A stretch of DNA of 64,000 nt, taken from the NCBI GenBank assembly GCA_030390025.1, contig CM059432.1, positions 139,192,001 through 139,256,000 of the forward strand, written 5' to 3'. The first letter of the stretch is position 1. Each line of letters opens with the position of its first letter. The notes beneath the pieces were generated by a model, which saw nothing but the letters and a program-made list of their open reading frames with translations, had not been told where the DNA came from and did no database searches. This DNA comes from Squalus acanthias. Taxonomy: Eukaryota. Shown here piece after piece: positions 13,201 through 21,253 of the stretch. The position numbers and the translations under genes were made by a program.

Positions 13201-15800
13201 TTGTACACAAGCACTTTTTTGTCTCCATTCTCAGAAATGGTACGGATTTCAACATGGCTAATAAAATAAATTAGAAGGGAGCTTAAATAGAAGGGTAGTT
13301 ATTAGTATTGGTTTGACTAGAAAATAAGAAAAGACATCCTGTAATAATAAGTGTTTAACAGCGCTGTGCTTCAGTAACGCAAGCAACAGCATACAATAAG
13401 GGGAAACTAGATAAGTACATGAGGGAGAAAGAAATAGACGGATATGCTGATGGGGTGAGATGAAGAGGGGTGGGAGGAGGCTCGTGTGGAGCATATAAAC
13501 ACCAGCACGGACCTGTTGAGCCGAATGGCCTGTTTCTGTGCTGTACATTCGATGTAATAAATATCTCACATATTTCAAATTTGTTATTGTTCAACGTTTT
13601 ATTTTCAATGCTGTTTAAATGATCTTAAAACAATTTTGAGAAGTCGCACAACACCAGGTTATAGTCCAACAGTTTTATTTGAAATCACAAGCTTTCGGAG
13701 CTGCTGCTCCTTCGTCAGGTGAAGTGAAGGAATACGAATCGGCAAAGCATATATAGACAGAGAACAATGCCTGTGCAGCGTACAATGTCAGACGACTACA
13801 GTTAATCTTTCTGATTGCCTTTTATCACACCTCGGCAAAGAGACAATCAGATCAGTCAGGAAGGCATTATATCAAAGACATAGCAAAATACAACTAAGAC
13901 AATGAGGTGGGGTCACAGGGGGTCTAATGTGTCAGATGCTGCAGTCTGTATGGAAAACCATAAACTTTAAACTTTTTACTTTTTTTACTGGAAATCACAT
14001 CTGTGAACAAGCCAACGACGACTCGAGTCTGGATGACTCTACGTCATGTAGCGTGACATGAACCCAAGATCCCAGTTGAGGCCGTCCTCATGGGTGCGGA
14101 ACTTGGCTATCAGTTTCTGCTCGATGATTTTGCGTTGTCGTGTGTCTCGAAGGCCGCCTTGGAGAACGCTTACCCGCAGATCTGAGGCTGAATGTCCTTG
14201 ACTGCTGAAGCTGTTGGACTATAACCTGGTGTTGTGCGACTTCTCACTTTTGTCCACCCCAGTCCAACACTGGCATCTCCGCATCATTAAAACAATTTTG
14301 TGTGGGATGGCTCCGTAAAAAATATTATGGGCCAGAAATTCGGCTCCCTGGCAAGGTGCAAGGATCGCGCACGCACCTACCTACCGCGCCTGCCGTTGAC
14401 CTCTGGGCCCACGGGGACTTCAGCTCCTGGGCCTCCTACAGCTGCCGGCGCGCAGTGCTTGTGTATCCCAGGGGCGTAGTTAGTGCGATGCGTCCCCTGG
14501 GATCACGTGGGCCATGGAGAGCCAATGGCAGCAGACCATCTTTCATTCATAGATTTGACAGGACCTGTCAAATCTATGAATTGAAATCGGCCCCAAAACA
14601 ACACCTAAACTTCAAATAAATTTTTTAAAAAACCATCACATTTTTAAAATAACTATAAGATAAATAAATTAACTACTTTAAACAAAAATTTAAATTTTTG
14701 AAAAGATTAAAATACTTTTTAAGAGTGCTAAAAATAAACTTACCTTTCTTTAAAGTATCTAAAAAAGATAAACCTGTTGAAAAAATTTTTAAATTGTAAT
14801 TAATTAACCACTTACCTTGTTAAAAACGGGTCCTGCGCCTCCTTTTTAAAAGCGCAGCTTCTTCCATACTTACCTTCCCGGAGAAACCTGAAAAAAAAAC
14901 GAAGTTCGCTGCGTGCGCGCAGCCTCTCCCGCGCACGCGGTTCACCTCTGAACCCCTCCCTTCACGAGACCGGAAGTTCCGGTTTCCCGCGCATGCGCAG
15001 TGCATGCAGGAAACCGGCACTTCAGGAGTCCTTACGGGTGAGTACACAGCGCGTACTCACCCGGCAAGTGACTAATTTCTGGCCCTATAGTTATAAAACA
15101 GCACAAGTCAATGCTTGTACATTTTCTCTGGCTTATATTGCACTATTAATAGAACTTAATAAAAAAAATTAATAGCTGGAAGATTTTATGAAATGGAGCC
15201 CCACCCAAAGAAATGCAATTCTACCAACAGCAAAAAGAATAAACTCTGTACTTATATTTTTACCCAATGTAAAATTTGATGTAAACTTATAGTAAAGGCA
15301 CACTAATGAACGTGTACCTTGCATTCGAAATATAAATCAGTTAATCCTTATCCCACTGAGAATGTTTCCATTAACAGTGTCAGTCAGAAAGCAAGAAAGA
15401 TGAAAAAGATTTGTAATAATAAAGAATACAGTCAAACAAACATTACAATCTCCCAGCAACTTGCAGAGTTACAGATTATAATAGCAAAGAAATTGAACTT
15501 ACATAAGTTAGTCATTTGGTAAAAATGCACATTTCATAAAGTTGGATAACGACACATTTCATGAAGTGCAGTGGGCGAATATTTCTAACTCTGGAGTACG
15601 GTGCAGCGAAATAGCACAGAAAGTATTCCGTTAGGTTTCTACAGGACAGATTGGGTTTACATTACTCTCTGAGCATTCTAAGGTAAATGGAATGGTAACT
15701 TCAGGAAAATTGAATATTAGTAAGCAGGCAAGTTCTATAAATGCATCACTGTAGACTGATAAAAATGTACTTAGTGCAATGTTAGAAGTTGACTTACCAT
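1050..15800 (-). CDS. Secreted M20A dipeptidase, CNDP1/CNDP2/anserinase family (beta-Ala-His dipeptidase-like); exons 1-8, 317 codons, 3' part outside window
   Basis: Join 15800-15798, 13144-13037, 11256-11113, 7823-7661, 6729-6641, 5145-4948, 3778-3694, 1210-1050 is one open frame with GT-AG introns. It contains M20A metal/catalytic motifs [27 protein letters not shown] and VISD, plus DLHSGLYGG. Hydrophobic N-terminus [19 protein letters not shown]. The exact paralogue is unresolved. Confidence 0.93.
2854..3570 (-). mobile_element. CR1 LINE 3' fragment
   Basis: Minus-strand peptide [17 protein letters not shown]...[15 protein letters not shown] and CR1-type 3' UTR/tail. Confidence 0.85.
3694..3778 (-). 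CDS. CNDP-family exon 7
   Basis: cag|[28 protein letters not shown](D)|gtagga, 85 nt; not in the ORF track, translated by hand. Confidence 0.93.
3843..4290 (-). mobile_element. CR1 LINE 3' fragment
   Basis: Reverse complement of ORF2 end ([15 protein letters not shown]) and tail; the same subfamily recurs at about 22330, 37300, 44500, 51000 and 59900. Confidence 0.85.
4324..4815. mobile_element. Non-autonomous TIR element (PIF/Harbinger-type MITE)
   Basis: Terminal inverted repeats GGGCTGGATTTT...AAAATCCAGCCC flanked by aaa/aaa (3-bp TSD). Confidence 0.8.
4948..5145 (-). CDS. CNDP-family exon 6
   Basis: cag|[66 protein letters not shown]|gtacta, 198 nt. Confidence 0.95.
5178..5771. repeat. 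18-bp minisatellite, about 33 variant units (GGACCTGTGAATACTCCG)
   Basis: Head-to-tail 18-mers with recurrent variants (ggacctgggaatactccg, ttagctgtgaatactccg, ggacctgtgagcgctcca); no unique spacers. Confidence 0.97.
6321..6628 (+). mobile_element. L2-type LINE 3' end
   Basis: cctccaattctggcctcttg...gtgaagcgtcttgggacattttactacattaaaggcgc...gttgttgt; related copies at about 6845-7378(-), 25190-25475(+), 33245-33450(-), 40795-41125(-), 52590-52935(+). Confidence 0.75.
6641..6729 (-). CDS. CNDP-family exon 5
   Basis: aag|(G)[29 protein letters not shown]|gtaggt, 89 nt. Confidence 0.95.
7661..7823 (-). CDS. CNDP-family exon 4
   Basis: tag|[55 protein letters not shown]|gtcagt, 163 nt. Confidence 0.95.
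7967..8235. mobile_element. Tc1/mariner (Tigger/pogo-like) MITE
   Basis: TA|CAGTAATCCCTCCCCAACCGCGG...CCGTGGTTGGGGCGGGATTCCTG|TA: imperfect TIRs of about 23 bp, TA TSD, internal ccgcgg repeats. Confidence 0.8.
8301..10005 (+). mobile_element. Harbinger-type MITE family A, copy 1, interrupted by a CR1
   Basis: GGCCCAGAAATT...AATTTTTGGCCC, TSD aat/aat; near-identical to 14329-15085 once the insert is removed. Confidence 0.88.
8485..9418 (+). mobile_element. CR1 LINE 3' fragment nested in MITE A
   Basis: Open ORF2 C-terminus ([23 protein letters not shown]), (ttcttatg)n tail, atcac duplicated at 8480-8484 and 9419-9423. Confidence 0.92.
10457..10647 (-). mobile_element. Penelope-like element terminal-repeat (pLTR) insertion with inverted arms
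   Basis: 65-bp inverted arms 10455-10519 and 10546-10610; 15-bp TSD gttactttagagcaa (10442-10456, 10648-10662); same terminus as the GIY-YIG-bearing copy at 13639-14286. Confidence 0.88.
10507..10545 (-). ncRNA. Minimal hammerhead ribozyme-like motif (Penelope pLTR)
   Basis: AUCAC-CUGACGA-A-GGAGC-AGC-GCUCC-GAAA-GC-UU-GUGAU: core CUGANGA/GAAA, stem I AUCAC/GUGAU, stem II GGAGC/GCUCC, palindromic AAGCUU in place of stem III. Confidence 0.7.
10717..10960 (-). mobile_element. tRNA-headed short element sharing 5' module and 3' tail with the LINE at 17524-22083 and 33688-36850
   Basis: A-box-like TAGTGTAGTGG and B-box GTTCAAATCC, then ...gtaagccactcagttgta..., then a degenerate caataaat...aatgaattaagaaaaa tail. 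Confidence 0.7.
11113..11256 (-). CDS. CNDP-family exon 3
   Basis: cag|[48 protein letters not shown]|gtaagc, 144 nt. Confidence 0.93.
11549..12222 (-). mobile_element. CR1 LINE 3' fragments (composite)
   Basis: Reverse complement of [15 protein letters not shown]...RLRGDL and two CR1-type tails. Confidence 0.8.
12232..12615 (+). mobile_element. Deu-domain SINE (SacSINE1/AmnSINE1-like), 5' truncated
   Basis: Central ggtgccgtctttcagatgagatgttaaactgaggccccgtctg...ggccaatatttatccctcaaccaacatcact and an L2-like tail; family name from recall. Confidence 0.8.
13037..13144 (-). CDS. CNDP-family exon 2 (signal peptide and N-terminal helix)
   Basis: ttttacag|[36 protein letters not shown]|gtaagg, 108 nt. 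Confidence 0.9.
13639..14286 (-). mobile_element. Penelope-like retroelement 3' fragment (GIY-YIG endonuclease C-terminus, pLTR and inverted partial pLTR)
   Basis: Minus-strand [54 protein letters not shown] (about 14210-14045); 14-bp TSD ttaaaacaattttg (13625-13638, 14287-14300). Confidence 0.9.
13685..13722 (-). ncRNA. Minimal hammerhead ribozyme-like motif (Penelope pLTR)
   Basis: UCAC-CUGACGA-A-GGAGC-AGCA-GCUCC-GAAA-GC-UU-GUGA. Confidence 0.7.
14329..15085 (+). mobile_element. Harbinger-type MITE family A, copy 2 (intact, 757 bp)
   Basis: Perfect 12-bp TIR GGGCCAGAAATT...AATTTCTGGCCC, TSD tat/tat, CpG-rich arms and AT-rich core. Confidence 0.9.
15798..15800 (-). CDS. CNDP-family exon 1, coding part (ATG only)
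   Basis: Minus strand reads GTGATC-ATG|gtaagt: A at -3, perfect donor, in-frame TAG just upstream, and phase 0 matches exon 2. Confidence 0.65.
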
Positions 15801-15984
15801 GATCACAGGCTAAATTATTGGCAGACTCAATCAAGCTTGATCTCAACCTCTGTCTTTAACAAAATCTGCTGCTACTCAGTTACATTTGGAACTCTTTTTA
15901 CTTTATGCTTCGAACACTTGAAGACGAGATGACTCTCACAGCTGGCCTGCATCAAATGAGTGTTTAAACTTTTGCTGCCAATTA

Positions 15985-16240
15985 TCCTTCTTAGGCAGTC
16001 CCTTGGAGCCGAGGATGACTTGCTTCCACATTAAAAATGAGTCCAATGCGGGACCTACAGTCTCTGTCACAGGTGGGGCAGACGGTGGTTGAAGGGGCGG
16101 GTGAGTGGGGTGCTTGGGTTGACGTGCGCTCCTTGCGCTGCCTGCGCTTGGCTTCCGCTTGCTCCCGGTGAAGAGGCTCGAGGTGTTCGGCGCCTTCCCA
16201 GATGCTTCTCCTCCACTTTGTGCGGTCTTGGGCCAGGGCC
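15985..16240 (-). mobile_element. RTE-clade LINE 3' end
   Basis: Peptide ALAQDRTKWRRSIWEGAEHLE...CPTCDRDCRSRIGL, typical of the RTE ORF C-terminus, followed by a short 3' UTR. Confidence 0.8.
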
Positions 16241-17869
16241 AATTATAGTCTCATGCTAAACAGTCCAGGACCTTGCCAAAAAAACACACACAGAGGAAGG
16301 CTTTGTATGGGAAACGTGATTAAAGTGGGGGGGAGGGGGGGGCACAGTCACGATCAAGAAAAGGGTTTTGCAAAATGCACTTTATTTGCAGAGAGAGAGA
16401 GGAGTCAGTCATATTGTCTCAATTCTTGTCGTGTGTGTGATGCAGCTTTATGCTTTGATGTCAGTTTCTCCATCGCATCCAGCGCATGTCAACAAATGAA
16501 AACAAGTTTGCTAAAATACTTTTACCATGAAGACTCTGCTCCTTCAAATAGCCAGAAATGTAATTTCACAAAGCATGAAGTTACATGTGATTTCCAGCTG
16601 GTGTCACCGGTTGCCACAGAACTAACTGAACCCACGTGCAACAAAAGAAAATGCTTTCATATTGCGTAACAGGTTTAAAAAAAAACAAGGTGATGAACAC
16701 AGTGGTATTGCTGCCGATTGTCGCACTGCTTTGTACGTTTCATTCGGCATCAACATTATATTCAGCTTCCTTTTCCAGCCTCAGTGATGTTGCCTCCCAA
16801 TCAAGCGACGCTGATGCTATCCTCATGGGTTCAGATGTGCCTGGAAAATACTGGTGTTGGGGAATAATGTGCACATTGTGTTTTAATCAGGTCAAATTCT
16901 TTCTCCTTCCCTGGGATACTGCGTCCAGGATGCCCTGCGCTACACGTAGATGCAGATAAAACGCCCTCTTCCAGCAGAGATAGACCGGGTGTTAGCAATC
17001 TGGGAGACTGATCTTACATCCTGCTTCCATGGCTTCTCCCCCTTCAAACTGCAACACTTTCCTTCAAACTGCAACACTTTCCTCTGTATTTGATCATGGA
17101 TACAATTATTGACTTCTTTTTGTGACTCCATTTCCTGTTTCACTATTTTCCTCGCAATCTTTAATAACTAACTCCCGATGGGAAGGGAAGTTAGGATTGT
17201 TTGTTACTGAGATTTTAAATTGTATAAAAGTTCACATGCCACTGAAATTATTCAGATTATATCATCAGTTTTGCATCTCTGTGGATGGGGTAAATAATAG
17301 TAGCCACCAACTAGGCCAGTCAATTATTAGAGATAAAAGGCAGATAGCAGAAATCTATCTATATCATTGTAAGTTCGGCATCTGTTGTGTTTCGGTAAGA
17401 TCACAGGACTGATTTTCCTGACCTTTGACTCTGGGGAACACCCTTTCCCTGGGCAGAAAGGTCAGGAAAAATGGTCAGAGACACATTTTGCCAAGTCTTC
17501 ATCCCTATTATGTTGCCCCAGGATTTTTTTTTATTCGTTCCTGGGATGTGGGCATCGTCAGCAAGGTCGGTATTTATTGCCCATCCCTAATTGCCCCTCG
17601 AGAAGGTGGTGGTGAGCCGCCTTCTTGAACCGCTGCAGTCCGTGTGGTGAAGGTGGTCCCACAGTGCTGTTAGGGAGGGAGTTCCAGGATTTTGACCCAG
17701 CGACGATGAAGGAACAGCGATATATTTCCAAGTCAGGATGGTGTGTAACTTGGAGGGGAACTTGGAGGTGATGGCGTTCCCATGCGCCTGCTGCCCTTGT
17801 CCTTCTGGGTGGTAGAGGTCGGGGGTTTGGGAGGTGCTGCCGAAGGTGGTGGAAAGGCTTTGGGGAGTC

Positions 17870-19601
17870 TGAACAAATATTTTGTATCTGTCTTCACGGT
17901 AGAAGACACTAACAACATTCCAATAATGGATAATCAAGGGGCCACAGGGAGTGGGGAGCTAAAGACAATCACTATCACTAAGGAAATAGTACTTGGTAAA
18001 ATAATGGGACTAAAAGACGACAAGTCCCCTGGACCAGATGGCTTGCATCCCAGGGTCTTAAAAGAAGTGGCTGCAGAGATAGTGGATGCATTGGTTGCAA
18101 TATACCAAAATTCCCATGACTCTGGAGAGGTCCCAGCGGATTGGAAAACCGCAAATGTAACACCCCTATTTAAGAAAGGAGGGAGACAGAAAGCAGGAAA
18201 CTATAGACCAGTTAGCCTAACATCTGACGTTGGGAAAATGCTGGAGTCCTTCATTAAGGAAGCAGTAGCAGGGCATTTAGAAAATCATAATGCAGTCAAG
18301 CAGAGTCAGCATGGTTTTATGAAAGGGAAATCATGTTTAACAAATTTGCTGGAGTTCTTTGAGGATGTAACAAGCAGGGTGGACAAGGGTGAGCCAGTGG
18401 ATGTCGTGTATTTGGATTTCCAGAAGGCATTCGATAAGGTGCCACATAAAAGGTTACTGCATAAGATAAGAGCTCACGGAGTTGGGGGTAATATATTAGC
18501 ATGGATAGAGAATTGACGAACTAACAGAAAGCAGAGAGCCGGGATAAATGGGTCATTTTCCGGTTGGCAAACGGTAACTAGTGGGGTGCCACAGGGATCG
18601 GTGCTGGGGCCTTAACTATTTACAATCTACATTAATGACTTGGGTGAAGGGACCGAGTGTAATGTAGCCAAGTTTGCAGATGATACAAAGATGGGTGGGA
18701 AAGCAAGTTGTACAGAGGACTCAAAGAATCTGCAAAGGGATATAGACAGGCTAAGTGAGTGGGCAAACATTTGGCAGATGGAGTATAATGTGGGAAAGTG
18801 CGAGGTTATCCATTTTGGCAGGAAAAATAAAAAAGCAAATTATTATTTAAATGGAGAGAGATTACAAAATACTACAGTTCAGAGGGACCTGGGGGACCTT
18901 GTGCATGAAACACAAAAAGTTAGCATGCAGGTACAGCAAGTAATCAAAAAGGCAAATGGAATGTTGGCCTTTATTGCAAGGGGTTTGGAGTATAAAAGCA
19001 GGGAAGTCCTGCTACAAATGTACAGGGTATTGGTGAGACCACACCTGGAGTACTGCGTACAGTTTTGGTCTCTTTATTTAAGGAAGGATATACTTGCATT
19101 GGAGGCAGTTCAGAGACGATTCACTAGGTTAGTTCCAGAGATGAGGGGGTTGACTTATGAAAAAAGGTTGAGCAGGTTGGGCCTATACTCATTGGGATTT
19201 AGAAGAATGAGAGGTGATCTTATTGAAACATATAAGATACTGAGGGGGCTCGACAGGGTAGATGCAGAGAGGATGTTTCCCCTTGTGGGGAAATCTAGAA
19301 CTTGGGGGCATAGTTTCAGAATAAAGGGTCACCCTTTTAGAACTGAGATGAGGAGGAATTTCTTCTCTCAGAGGGTCGTAAATCTGTGGAATTCTCTGCC
19401 CCAGAGAGCCGTGGAGGCTGGGTCATTAAATACATTTTAGGTGGAGATAGACAGATTTTTGCAAGATAAGGGAGTGAAGGGTTATGGGGAGCGGGCAGGG
19501 AAGTGGCTTTGAGCCCAAGATCAGCCATGATCTTATTGAATGGCGAAGCAGGCTTGAGGGGCCAAGTGGCCTATTCCTGCTCCTATTTCTTATGTTCTTA
19601 T
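17870..19601 (+). mobile_element. CR1 LINE, 5'-truncated ORF2 (RT), with stops
   Basis: [35 protein letters not shown], (ttcttatg)n tail; gagtc duplicated at both ends. Confidence 0.93.
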
Positions 19602-20228
19602 GAGTCAGGAGATGAGACACTCGCCACAGAACACCAGCCTCTGACCCACTCTTGTAGCCATAGTATTCATGTGGCTAGTCCAGTTAAGTTTCTGGTAAAT
19701 GGTGAAAGCCCAGGATGTTGATGGTGGGGGATTCGGCGATGGTAATGCCGTTGAATATCAAGGGGCGGTGGTTAGACTCTCGCTTGTCGGAGATAGTCAT
19801 TGCCTTGGACTTATGTGGCGCGAATGTTACTTGCCACTTATCAGCCCAAAATCTGAATGTCGTCCAGGTCTTGCTGCATGCAGGCATGGACTGCTTCATT
19901 ATCTGAGGAGTTGTGAATGGCACTGAACACTGTGCAATCATCAGCGAACATCCCCACTTCATCCCTTATGATGGAGGGAAGGTCATTGATGAAGCAGCTG
20001 AAGATGGTTGGGCCGAGGACATTGCCCTGAGGAACTCCTGCAGCGATATCCTGGGGCTGAGATGATTGACCTCCAACAACCACAACCATCTTCCTTTGTG
20101 CTATGTATGACTCCAGCCAGTGGAGAGCTTATCCTGATTCCCATTGACTTCAATTTTACTAGGGCTCCTTGATGCCACACTCAGTCAAATGCTGCCTTGA
20201 TGTCAAGAGCAACACTCTCACCTCACCT

Positions 20229-21253
20229 CATAGAAATCAGGCAGGGGGATTGTGATATACTTGAACAAATTAGTATTGAGAGGGAGGAGGTACTCGCAGT
20301 TTTAGCGGGCTTAAAAGTGGATAAATCCCCAGGCCCAGACGAGATGTATCCCAGGCTGCTGTGTGAGGCAAGGGAGGAGATTGCAGGGGCTCTGACACAA
20401 ATTTTCAGAACCTCTCTGGCCACAGGGGAGGTGCCAGAGGACTGGAGAACAGCTAACGTAGTACCATTATTCAAGAAGGGTAGTAAGGATAAACCAGGGA
20501 ATTACAGGCCAGTGAGCCTAACATCAGTGGTAGGGAAATTATTGGAAAAAATTCTGAGGGACAGAATTAGTCTCCACTTGGAGAGGCAAGGATTAATCAA
20601 GGATAGTCAGCATGGCTTTGTCAGGGGGCGATCATGTCTAACCAATTTGATTGAATTTTTCAAGGGGGTGACTAGGTGTGTGGATGAGGGTAGTGCAGTT
20701 GATGTAGTCTACATGGACTTCAGTAAGGCTTTTGACAAAGTCCATCATGGGAGACTGGTCAAGAAGGTAAGAGCCCATGGGATCCAGGGCAATTTGGCAC
20801 ATTGGATCCAAAATTGGCTTAGTGGCAGGAGGCAGAGGGTAATGGTCGAAGGTTGTTTTTGTGACTGGAAGCCTGTGTCCAGTGGTGTACCGCAGGGATC
20901 GGTGCTGGGTCCTTTGCTGTTTGTAGTGTACATTAATGATTTAGATATGAATGTAGGAGGTATAATCAGTAAGTTCGCAGATGACACGAAAATTGGTGGA
21001 GTGCTAAATAGCGAGGAGGGAAGCCTCAGGCTACAGGACGATATAGACGGGTTGGTTAGATGGGCAGAACAGTGGCAAATGGAATTTAACCCTGAAAAGT
21101 GTGAGGTGATGCATTTTGGGAGGACTAACAAGGCAAGGGAATACACAATGAATGGTAGGACCCTAGGAAGGACAGAGGATCCTTGGTGTGCATGTACATA
21201 GATCCCTGAAGGCAGCAGGACAGGTAGATAAGGTGGTTAAAAAGGCATATGGG
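20229..21253 (+). mobile_element. CR1 LINE internal RT fragment
   Basis: Open RT core [10 protein letters not shown]...[11 protein letters not shown]...KFADDTK; truncated at both ends. Confidence 0.92.

Noticed and set aside
16940..17143. Short minus-strand ORF as an extra gene or upstream coding exon
   Set aside because: No recognisable homology, broken by a 20-bp duplication, and the dipeptidase ATG already has an in-frame upstream stop.
20197..21201. Intact 334-aa reverse transcriptase as a domesticated gene or retron-like system
   Set aside because: Ordinary CR1 RT fragment truncated at both ends. The apparent start comes from the antisense flanking LINE.
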